Notes under the pieces: generated by a model
Told to the model about the DNA's origin: nothing
Seen by the model: the letters and a program-made list of their open reading frames with translations, nothing else
Databases searched by the model: none
Made by a program: the position numbers and the translations under genes
Part shown: positions 8,090 to 16,680 of the stretch, piece by piece
Numbering within the stretch: position 1 is the stretch's first letter
Layout: every line of letters starts with the position of its first letter
IMG/VR virus record: IMGVR_UViG_3300032116_001212
Coordinates: 1-25,269 of that record
From: a virus
Lineage: Duplodnaviria > Caudoviricetes
DNA length: 25,269 bases
Strand: one strand, 5' to 3'

Positions 8090-10575
8090 TTATCCGCAAT
8101 AAGTTTAACGGCTACGTAAACGGCAACAACCGACTTTATCCCGGTGGTGGTGGGGGCAGCCAACAACAACCCACAAGCTCAACGCAGACTACGACAACGA
8201 TTCCGGAATACGCCCGCCCTTACGTTGAACGAATGTTGGGTAAGGCTGAAGCCTTCTCGGAAGCCCCTTATCAAGCTTACGGTGGGCAACGTATTGCTGG
8301 GTTTTCGCCCATGCAGGAACAAGCATTTCAAGGTGCGGCTAACTTAGGCCCTGCGAAACAATTAGGAACCGGCACGCAACTTGCAGGTATTGCGGGGCTT
8401 GGCAGTTTGGGTGCAGGTCGGCAGTATGCACAACAAGCTACGTCTCCCGGCGCAATGCAGGCTTACATGTCGCCTTATATAGAAAACGCTATGGCTCCGC
8501 AGCTTAGAGAGGCAGCGCGTTCTTCAGCCATGATGGGCCAACAAAACCAAACTCAAGCCGTACAACAAGGTGCGTTTGGCGGATCTCGTTCAGCCATTGT
8601 TGAAGCTGAACGCCAACGCAATCTTGCGCAACAGCAGGGTGATATTTACGGTCGTGGTATGCAAACGGCCTACGAGCAGGCTCGACAGGCGCAACAATTC
8701 GGTGCTGACTTAGGGCTACGCGGTTATGGTTTAGCTGGGCAAATGGCCGGTACGCTGGGGCAATTGGGTCAGACTCAGTTTAATCAGCAACAAGGCGCAA
8801 TCCAAGCGCAGGCAGCGGCGGGTGCGCAACAGCAGGGTCTGGAGCAGCAAAAACTCAGCCAAGCTTACCAAGACTTTCTTACCCAGCGCGGTTATCCACA
8901 ACAGCAGTTGTCGTTTATGTCGGATATCTTGCGCGGTGTTCCGCTGGGTCAGCAGACTCAAGTGCAGTATCAGGCTCCGCCTCCGATGACATCGCAGCTT
9001 GCTCAGTTGGGTCTGGGTGCGTACGGCGTCTCGCAGATGATGAAGAAAGAGGGCGGTGTTATTAAGGGCTACGCTGAAGGTGGTATAGCTGACGCTGCGC
9101 CGCAAGAAAACGTGCCCCAAGGTAACGTGCCTAACACTATGCCAATCGACAAGTTGCGCTCTGTGTTGGGTGATATGTCCGAGGACCAGTTAGATCAGGT
9201 GGCCGCAGGTGCAGCAGACGCCACAACACTTGCGTTAGTACAGGAACAGAAGTCGTTAAACGCACGGATGCGCAACGCTAATATATTGGCGGAAGCTATC
9301 CCCCAGACTACGATCAAAGATGAGATGGTCGCGGCTGATGAGGCTGCTGACTCGGGTATTGCTGCTGCTCCACTCCCTGCGGCTATGTTTGCGGATACAG
9401 CGGTTGGCGAAGCTCCTGAAGAACTAGCTATGCGTGGTGGCGGCATTGTGGCTTTTGCTAAGGGTAAGGAAGTTAAAGAAACTAAAGCTGCGCCCACACC
9501 TGCGGATACGTATAGCGCCGACATAGCAGCGGTACGAGCTATGGATCCAAAAGCAGCGTTTACGTCTAAAGAAGACCGCCGGGCCAACGTAAAAGAAGGC
9601 GTTACGTTTATGGAAGAACTGATGGGGCCTGATAAGACCATCGAGATGGCGGAGAAGATTGCTAAGGCGTCAGAGTTAAGTCCAGAAGCTGAGTCCCGAG
9701 CCAAAATGGCTACAGCGTTTGAAATGATGGCGGCGTTTGGAGAACCAACACCGTTTGCTACTGCGTTTGGTAAAGCAGGTGCAATAGCGGGCCGTAACAT
9801 TAAAGAGTTTGAAAAACTTAAGCGCGAGGCAGATAACAAAGCTAACGAACTGCGGCTTAATACTGCGCGGTACGAACGTGCAGAACAACGCGGTAAGATT
9901 AGTGAAGCGGCTAAATTTGCAGATCGGATTGAGCAAAACCAAAAAGACTTGTATACGCTTCAGGCTGCGCAAAAACAAGCAGTTACAGGTCTTAGCGGTA
10001 GACAAGCAGAAATGGCGCAGGCTAAAGACCTTGCTGAAAAACAAATTGCAGTACAACGGGAGCAGATTGCAGCTACTCGTGCGGGTCAGTTTAATTTGGA
10101 CCGTGAACTGCTTAACGCAGAAATGCAAAAAGGTGTTGAAGAGTACCGCGCTATAAATAACGGTAAAGACCCTGTTGGTAAAGACTTGGCAAATATCCGT
10201 GCCCAAGCAGCAAACAAAGCAGCGGAGATGCGACGTAGTCTTAATCCATATGCAGCGTTGACGGCAGGGACAGGGCAGGCAAACGTTATCCAAGACGAGA
10301 TGCTGGCAATAGATAAGCAGCTATCTAACTTGTCGTTGGGTATACCGTTGCCAGAAGGGCAAACAGTAGAAAACCTTCGTGCTCGCCGTACAGACTTACA
10401 AAAACGTTATGACGCAGCCCTTAGTGCTACCCCCGGTAGAGCTACGCAACCTCCTCCCCCTGCGGCGGGCGCAACTACACCACAAGTGGGACAAATATTT
10501 ACGGACGCAAAAGGCAATAGAGCTAAATACATAGGCGGGGACCCCAAAGACCCTAAATCTTACCAAGCGGTATAA
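8086..10575 (+). CDS. internal virion/DNA-ejection protein (829 aa)
   Basis: GGGGGS + Thr/Ser/Gln stretch + IPEYARPY N-terminus; YMSPY and GAFGGSR motifs; Gln/Ala-rich helical and coiled-coil regions; ATGA overlap with the upstream gene. Confidence 0.75.
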   Translation: MIIRNKFNGYVNGNNRLYPGGGGGSQQQPTSSTQTTTTIPEYARPYVERMLGKAEAFSEAPYQAYGGQRIAGFSPMQEQAFQGAANLGPAKQLGTGTQLAGIAGLGSLGAGRQYAQQATSPGAMQAYMSPYIENAMAPQLREAARSSAMMGQQNQTQAVQQGAFGGSRSAIVEAERQRNLAQQQGDIYGRGMQTAYEQARQAQQFGADLGLRGYGLAGQMAGTLGQLGQTQFNQQQGAIQAQAAAGAQQQGLEQQKLSQAYQDFLTQRGYPQQQLSFMSDILRGVPLGQQTQVQYQAPPPMTSQLAQLGLGAYGVSQMMKKEGGVIKGYAEGGIADAAPQENVPQGNVPNTMPIDKLRSVLGDMSEDQLDQVAAGAADATTLALVQEQKSLNARMRNANILAEAIPQTTIKDEMVAADEAADSGIAAAPLPAAMFADTAVGEAPEELAMRGGGIVAFAKGKEVKETKAAPTPADTYSADIAAVRAMDPKAAFTSKEDRRANVKEGVTFMEELMGPDKTIEMAEKIAKASELSPEAESRAKMATAFEMMAAFGEPTPFATAFGKAGAIAGRNIKEFEKLKREADNKANELRLNTARYERAEQRGKISEAAKFADRIEQNQKDLYTLQAAQKQAVTGLSGRQAEMAQAKDLAEKQIAVQREQIAATRAGQFNLDRELLNAEMQKGVEEYRAINNGKDPVGKDLANIRAQAANKAAEMRRSLNPYAALTAGTGQANVIQDEMLAIDKQLSNLSLGIPLPEGQTVENLRARRTDLQKRYDAALSATPGRATQPPPPAAGATTPQVGQIFTDAKGNRAKYIGGDPKDPKSYQAV

Positions 10576-10580
10576 CAGCT

Positions 10581-13500
10581 ATGGCTTTTGACCCAACGAC
10601 AGCGCGTCCAGTAGAAGTAACACGGGGGTTTGCATTTGACCCGTCAACGGCAACATTGGAAACAGAAACCCCGCGTGTAACGGGTTTTGACCCCTCTACT
10701 GCTACCCCGTTTATTGACGCTCGTACTAAGACCGCCGAGCCTACACCTGAAGAGCAGTCTGTATTTAGGCAGGTTGCGGACGTGCCGTTGCAGTTGCAAA
10801 AAGGTTTGGTCACAGGCGTTCGGCTTATCTCTGATGCGTTTGGGGCAGATAGCACCACGTCTAAAAACCTACGCTCCGTAGAAGACTACCTAGCTGGACT
10901 AATGTCTGCGCAGTCCAAACAAGACTCGCGTGAGCAGGCTAGGATTATGAAAGAGGCCGAAGACAAAGGCATCTTGGATCAAGTTGTAGCGGGTGTTAAG
11001 GCACTAGCTGTTGCACCAGTAGATACCGTTGTTAACGCGTTAGGTACATCGGGCCCAGCTATTGTTGCAGGTCTTACGGCTACTGTGGCAGGTGCACCTG
11101 CGGCAGCTATTCTTGGCACTACAGCGGCAGTTGGTTCAGTTATGGGTGCTGGTACCATCAAAGGCGCTATTTACGAAACTGTTACAGAAGAGCTTGTTAA
11201 AGCAGGTTTGAAACCCGCTGAAGCCGAAGCGCGGGCTATAAAGGCGCAGGAGTACTTTGGCGAGAACATGGGCATGATTACCACGGGTGCTGGCCTTGGT
11301 ACGCTCGAAGCTATTACAGGTGCACAACCTGCTATTGCCCGGATGATTGCCAGTAAGATTACGCGCAAAGGCGCAACAGAAATAGCAGAAGACGTAGCCG
11401 AACAAGCAGCCAAAGGTTACTTTGGCGCAGCAACAAAAGCAGCTGCAAAAGAAGCGGCCCCTGAATTTCTCCAAGGTGCACAGGAACAACTGGCGAAGAA
11501 CCTCGCCCTTCAGGAAGAAGGTTTTGATGTGCCTACGATGCGTGGTGTTGTGGCGCAGGGTACGTTGGAAGCTGCTGCTGGTGCTGGTCTTGGTGCAACT
11601 ACTGGGGTGGCTCAAGTTGCTATGGAGCGCCGTGCGGATACGCAAGAACAAAGAGAAATAGATGCGTTACAAGCGGAGATTGAAAAAGAAACAGGTCAGG
11701 TTGTAGCCGGGGCAGAACCGACTATTGAAGAAGGAGTTATTGATGTCACCGAACCTTCACCAGCTATCGACGGAACAGTTGAGCCTAGCGCTGCTATGCC
11801 TGTCGGAGGAGTTGAAGCCGCTACCGCAGGAGTTGAAACACCTCTCGCATCTGGACTGGCTACTGCTGAGCAACTTACTGGAGCACCTATTACTGGAGCA
11901 GCAGTACAACCTACACCACTAACCCAACCGCTACCCACCCTTGAGCAAGCACAGGCGGTAGTAGACTCGCAGCCAAACAAAGATCAACTACAAATTATAG
12001 AGGCCCCTGATGGAGGCTTTGTCGTTGCACAACGTGCTCCTGTCGTTGAACCTACTGTTGTGGCTCCTATTGCCCCTGCCCCTGTGGTGGGAGAAGCAGC
12101 CCCCGTGGAGACAGGTGGAGTTGCTCCGGAAGCTATACAGCCTGCTGTACAAATTGCCCCAGCCGAAGCGCTGGAAGCAGCGCCTGTTCCTGAAACTGTT
12201 GAGCTTGTAGCCGAAGAAGTTGCGCAGGAAGAAGAAGCCTTTGCACGTGCTGCTGAAGAAGTCATTACCCCCACGGAGGAACCCAGTGTCGCTGAAGCCA
12301 TTGAAACCGTCCAAGCAAAAGAAGAAAGACCGCAAGAAACTGCCGCCACCGTCGCAGCCATAGCCGAACAAGCCGAAGCCCCTGTACGTAAACGTGCACC
12401 GGGGGCTGGGCGCAAGAAGTCTGAGGTTGCTAAAACAACGGAAGAACGTAAGGCACAAGCTGGGGACTTGATCCAAGACGCCCGTGACATCGAAGGTCGG
12501 GCTAAAGCTATCCAAAAACTATCATTAGGTTTCGCTCCCGAGCAGTTCGCTAAGCGTGGAGTTAGCGCCGAGGATGCGCAGACGGCCTATGAAGAAGCTG
12601 AGTCTGCACGCAAGGAAGACTTGTGGAACAACAAGATGTACTTGTACATCGCCAGCGTAGACCCCACACGCCGCGACACTAAGGCCGGTCGGGTTGCACG
12701 GGAAGCCGTGGCTACGTTCACTCCACAAGAACAAGCACAGTACAAAAAACTTTACGCCGACTACAAGGCAGAACAACGTGGCGCACCGTTGAAGTCCACA
12801 AGCATCTACTTGTCGGACGACGCAGATCCTAAGTTTAACTCAGCCACAACTGCACAGCAGGCACTGCGCCGGATAATGAACACCGGCAAGCCGTTTGAGA
12901 AGCTGCTGGCTCAACGTCTGTTGAATGCAGTCAAGGGCGTACAGTTTGTCGTAATCCGCTCAGACACTAAGCTACCTGCGGAGATAAACAAAGCATTCAA
13001 AGAGACTACCCAAGGTGTGTACTCCGAAGCGCGTAAGACTATTTATGTGCGGGACGCAAGCTTTGGCGATGTCAATGGCATAAACAACACAACCGTACTG
13101 CACGAGGCTTTGCACGCTGCGACTACCCTGCGCTTGGATTACGCATTGGCTTTAGATGCGCAAGGTGAGTTAGATACCGCGCCTGCACTGCAAGCATTTG
13201 CGCAGATAATGACAAAAACGATGCAACGGGCTGAGCTTGTCTATCGGGTTGCTAAAGCAGAAGGGCGTTCCACTCCTTACCTTGACGCGTTGTATAAGGT
13301 GAACGCATTTACCGATGTGCGTGAGTTTGTGTCGTACGGCTTGACCGACAACATGATGCAGCAGTTCTTGGCTACTCAGGTGCCGGGAATGAAGATGTCG
13401 ATGTACTCACGTTTTGTCGAAGCTATCCGCAAGCTGTTTGGGTTTGACGCTAACTCCCAGTCTGCCTTCCAAGACTTAGTTGTAACTACTGACGCACTCT

Positions 13501-16418
13501 TAAGCGAGCGCCTGCCTCGTGACGCAAGTCTTCTAGCCACTACGCCTGACACGTTGGCTGCAATAAAAAACAAAGGTAAAGAAGCTAAAGACTTCGATGC
13601 TAAGTTAAAGGACCCAAAAGCAGGACCAGAAGAGCAGCTTACTATTATTGGGCAGCTTATAAAAATACGTAGCTGGGATGATGCCGTAGATGTGATGTCT
13701 GACGTTTATAACGGTACAACCTCGCAGTTTCGTAACCCGCTTCTAAAGTCTTTGACCACGCGACAGCTAACTGAGCTCAAAGCGGCCAAGGCAATGATTG
13801 GAGGCGATGGTAAACCTGTTCTAGATACAACACTGCGTATCGCCGAGGACATGAATGGTGCTAAGTCCAAGATGTTGGATGAAACTGCTGACATGGCTAA
13901 AGTCTGGCATGAATGGCAGCGCGCTAATACAGGTAAGTCCCGCACTTTAAATCGGCTTATCCATCTCTCTACTATTAACCAGATTGATCCGTCGGTGGAT
14001 ACCCGGTCAGCTACGCTTACGCAGATGTATGAAGCGTTAGGTCCAGACGGCAAGAAACTGTACAACGATATTCGTGACTTTTACAAAGCCCGGTTTGATA
14101 AGTACAAACAGCTTCTGCTTGACCGTGTATCGCAGACAGAAGCAGACGAAGCGACTAAAGCGCAGATCATTGCAACGCTGGAAAAAGACTTTGAGAAATT
14201 ACCACAGCCTTACTTTCCGTTAGTCCGCGAAGGTAAATACTGGGTGCGCATAGGCAATCCAAAAAGCCCGAACATGGAGTACTACATGTTTGAGGACCCA
14301 CGTGAGCGTAACTTCTTTGTACGTCAACGTGCTAAAGAGCTAGGCACTACTGTAGAAGCGCTAAAGGCTGACGAAAGTAATATCTTTGCTACTGGCGACG
14401 ACTTTAAAGTTGCTGTTGATGAGGGCATGCGCTCGTCCAAGACATTAAAAGATATTCTTGAGTTGGTAGATAACGCCAATATGGTGGATAAGGCGGCGTT
14501 AAAAGATGAGATACATCAGTTGTATTTCTCTACACTGCCTGAACAGAACTTCCGCAAGCACTTTATCCATCGTAAAGGCACGGCGGGTTTCCGCTCAGAT
14601 GCGCTGCGTAACTTTGCTAAGTCCAGCTTTCACACCTCGGTGCAGTTAGCCAAGATTGAGTACGGTCAAAAACTACGAAACTCAGTAGTTAGAGCTTGGG
14701 ATGCTACAAAAGGAATGCCTCAGCGGGAAGAATTGTATGCGCCGTTAATTACTGAAATGAAAGACCGCGTAGAGAACGTGCTGTCACCAGACCGCACTGA
14801 TGCTATGGCTACTAAGTTTGCTAATGTGCTTGGTAGCGCCAGTTTCTTCTACTACATGAGTGCACCTGCATCCGCGCTGACTAACTTAACGGGTCTGTAC
14901 GTTTTTGGTATGCCGGTTCTTAACGGTGAGTTTGGAGGGAAAGCAAACTTGGCACTCGCCAAGAACATGAACATATTTAAAGCAGTGGGCACAACCGATA
15001 AAGACGGTAAGTTTACGTTCCCTACATTGCTTTCAAAGCTGACTGGACATCGCCGGGATGCGTATATGGAAGCCCTGCGCCGTGGAAAAATTGATACGAC
15101 GCTAACTTACGATACGCTCCAGCTTTCGCGCACTCCATCTGAACAGTATGACGGTGGTTCCACAACCACAAAAATTATGAACGCCATGGGGTACCTATTC
15201 CACCATAGCGAAAAACTTAACCGCGAAGTCATGTTTATGACCGCGTACGATTTAGCGTACGACCGTGCTACCAAAGATGGACGCGACGTAAAGACTGCAC
15301 AGGAAGAAGCGTTGAACGAAGCCTCCCGGTTGACTGACGAGGCAATGTTCGATTACTCAGAGTTTAATAAACCTCGTTACTTCCGAGGCAATACAGCACG
15401 GGTGATTTTGCAGTTCAAAGCGTTTGCCCAACAGACTACGTTCTACTTAGTTAAAAACTTTAGGGCTATGTTTGGAGAGCAGCCCCCCGGAGTACGGCGC
15501 ACTGCTGCTACTAAGTTTATTGGTACGCTAGGTATGACCGCCATGTTTGCAGGTGCTATGGGTCTGCCGTTAGTATCCGTTATCTCATACGCAATGTCGC
15601 TTTTTTCTGAAGATGAGGAAGACCCAGAACGTAGAAACCCTAAGCTGCGGTTTAAAAAGTTTTTAACTGATACATTCGGTCTCGACTTAGGTACGATTTT
15701 AGAACGCGGTCCTGTGTCATGGGCAACCGATGTAGACTTCCATGGCCGTACAAAGCTAGACCAGTTATGGTTCCGCGAGATGAAGGCTGGTAAGTCTGAA
15801 CCTGAAACACTGCGAGAGTTTATTATTAATATGCTAGGCCCCAGCGTTGGAATGGGGATAAACGTTGCCGAAGCAATGCGCCGTATAAATAATGGCGATA
15901 CGCAACGGGGTATGGAGTTGCTGCTTCCCGCAGGTTTACGTGGGTTTGCAGTAGCGTTCCGGCAACAAGGGGTTCCGTTTGTTGATAAGGGTGAGGGAGT
16001 AAAGACTCTTAAAGGGGATGTAATAGCTGCTCCAGAGGCTTTAACAGAAGCAAACCGTATAGCTACTATGGCAGGATTTGGCATTACCCGTGTAGCGTCA
16101 AAGCAGGAAAAGACAGCGCAGTTATATGCTGAAATTCAAAAACGAGAAGAACAACGTAGAGCAGCTTTAGATTTGTATAAAGATTTGCTGGATGGGTTTA
16201 CGTTTAGCAAACGAGACGCCGCTATGCAAGCAGTTCTAAAGTTCAATAAAGCAAACCCATACGACGTTATAGATGGAGATGCTATTACTTCAACTATCGA
16301 CCGAGAAGCTGAAGCGCGAGGCAAGTCTATAGACGGGTTACGTGTGAAAGATAAGCTACGTCCGTTAATCATGAAGATGATGCCAGCTAGTGCGCCCATG
16401 AAAAAAGCCCCCGACTAA
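10581..16418 (+). CDS. large internal virion/ejection protein (1945 aa) with zincin-like HExxH domain and PLxRFG-like C-terminal region
   Basis: TVLHEALHA (13101-13115) with downstream EFVSYG; PYFPLVREGKY (about 14208-14240); hydrophobic Gly/Ala segments near both ends; last gene of the structural operon, the position of T7 gp16. Confidence 0.75.
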   Translation: MAFDPTTARPVEVTRGFAFDPSTATLETETPRVTGFDPSTATPFIDARTKTAEPTPEEQSVFRQVADVPLQLQKGLVTGVRLISDAFGADSTTSKNLRSVEDYLAGLMSAQSKQDSREQARIMKEAEDKGILDQVVAGVKALAVAPVDTVVNALGTSGPAIVAGLTATVAGAPAAAILGTTAAVGSVMGAGTIKGAIYETVTEELVKAGLKPAEAEARAIKAQEYFGENMGMITTGAGLGTLEAITGAQPAIARMIASKITRKGATEIAEDVAEQAAKGYFGAATKAAAKEAAPEFLQGAQEQLAKNLALQEEGFDVPTMRGVVAQGTLEAAAGAGLGATTGVAQVAMERRADTQEQREIDALQAEIEKETGQVVAGAEPTIEEGVIDVTEPSPAIDGTVEPSAAMPVGGVEAATAGVETPLASGLATAEQLTGAPITGAAVQPTPLTQPLPTLEQAQAVVDSQPNKDQLQIIEAPDGGFVVAQRAPVVEPTVVAPIAPAPVVGEAAPVETGGVAPEAIQPAVQIAPAEALEAAPVPETVELVAEEVAQEEEAFARAAEEVITPTEEPSVAEAIETVQAKEERPQETAATVAAIAEQAEAPVRKRAPGAGRKKSEVAKTTEERKAQAGDLIQDARDIEGRAKAIQKLSLGFAPEQFAKRGVSAEDAQTAYEEAESARKEDLWNNKMYLYIASVDPTRRDTKAGRVAREAVATFTPQEQAQYKKLYADYKAEQRGAPLKSTSIYLSDDADPKFNSATTAQQALRRIMNTGKPFEKLLAQRLLNAVKGVQFVVIRSDTKLPAEINKAFKETTQGVYSEARKTIYVRDASFGDVNGINNTTVLHEALHAATTLRLDYALALDAQGELDTAPALQAFAQIMTKTMQRAELVYRVAKAEGRSTPYLDALYKVNAFTDVREFVSYGLTDNMMQQFLATQVPGMKMSMYSRFVEAIRKLFGFDANSQSAFQDLVVTTDALLSERLPRDASLLATTPDTLAAIKNKGKEAKDFDAKLKDPKAGPEEQLTIIGQLIKIRSWDDAVDVMSDVYNGTTSQFRNPLLKSLTTRQLTELKAAKAMIGGDGKPVLDTTLRIAEDMNGAKSKMLDETADMAKVWHEWQRANTGKSRTLNRLIHLSTINQIDPSVDTRSATLTQMYEALGPDGKKLYNDIRDFYKARFDKYKQLLLDRVSQTEADEATKAQIIATLEKDFEKLPQPYFPLVREGKYWVRIGNPKSPNMEYYMFEDPRERNFFVRQRAKELGTTVEALKADESNIFATGDDFKVAVDEGMRSSKTLKDILELVDNANMVDKAALKDEIHQLYFSTLPEQNFRKHFIHRKGTAGFRSDALRNFAKSSFHTSVQLAKIEYGQKLRNSVVRAWDATKGMPQREELYAPLITEMKDRVENVLSPDRTDAMATKFANVLGSASFFYYMSAPASALTNLTGLYVFGMPVLNGEFGGKANLALAKNMNIFKAVGTTDKDGKFTFPTLLSKLTGHRRDAYMEALRRGKIDTTLTYDTLQLSRTPSEQYDGGSTTTKIMNAMGYLFHHSEKLNREVMFMTAYDLAYDRATKDGRDVKTAQEEALNEASRLTDEAMFDYSEFNKPRYFRGNTARVILQFKAFAQQTTFYLVKNFRAMFGEQPPGVRRTAATKFIGTLGMTAMFAGAMGLPLVSVISYAMSLFSEDEEDPERRNPKLRFKKFLTDTFGLDLGTILERGPVSWATDVDFHGRTKLDQLWFREMKAGKSEPETLREFIINMLGPSVGMGINVAEAMRRINNGDTQRGMELLLPAGLRGFAVAFRQQGVPFVDKGEGVKTLKGDVIAAPEALTEANRIATMAGFGITRVASKQEKTAQLYAEIQKREEQRRAALDLYKDLLDGFTFSKRDAAMQAVLKFNKANPYDVIDGDAITSTIDREAEARGKSIDGLRVKDKLRPLIMKMMPASAPMKKAPD
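10587..10703 (+). repeat. three in-frame FDP[T/S]TA peptide repeats
   Basis: FDPTTA (10587-10604), FDPSTA (10635-10652) and FDPSTA (10686-10703). Synonymous codons differ between copies. Confidence 0.85.
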
Positions 16419-16426
16419 GCGGGGGC
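16401..16426 (-). terminator. Rho-independent terminator for - strand transcription
   Basis: On the - strand: GCCCCCG-CTTAGT-CGGGGGC followed by TTTTTT (7-bp GC stem plus U6). It overlaps the last codons and stop of the convergent 1945-aa gene. Confidence 0.85.
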
Positions 16427-16471
16427 AAAGGAGAGCGACGGCAGAAGGAGCTAACTTCGGAGGGTGCCGTC
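16401..16471 (-). ncRNA. candidate small RNA with anti-Shine-Dalgarno (CUCC) motifs
   Basis: 7-bp stem GACGGCA/TGCCGTC (16465-16471 with 16437-16443) encloses CCCTCCGAAGTTAGCTCCTTC, then GCTCTCCTTT, then the terminator. A TATACT -10-like hexamer lies at 16483-16478; the -35 match is poor. Confidence 0.5.
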
Positions 16472-16485
16472 CGGCGCAGTATAAC

Positions 16486-16680
16486 CTAGACCCTCCACAC
16501 ACGCACCCCCTGCACGCCCTCCTGTATGACAACGCGTGTTACGATTTTAAACCTAAGCCTTTTCATAACACGCGTAATATCCTGCACTGCCGTAGCGGGG
16601 TTTAAACACGGGATAAAGAACGATGCCCCCGGCTTAAACGCTTGCCAGTTAATTTGGTAGCTGACCTTCTCCACCTGCAT
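16486..16680 (-). CDS. small basic hypothetical protein (64 aa)
   Basis: Start placed at ATG 16680, which has GGAG 7 nt upstream. W..FKPGASFFIP...GVRVWRV pattern; overlaps the primase 3' end. Confidence 0.7.
   Translation of the reverse strand: MQVEKVSYQINWQAFKPGASFFIPCLNPATAVQDITRVMKRLRFKIVTRVVIQEGVQGVRVWRV

Noticed and set aside
5825-16399. Numerous long antisense or alternate-frame ORFs (e.g. 6594-7301, 9195-9839, 9676-10293, 11984-12490, 15443-16084)
   Set aside because: They lie entirely within well-supported + strand genes, have no motifs, and are expected from Ala/Gly-rich codon bias.
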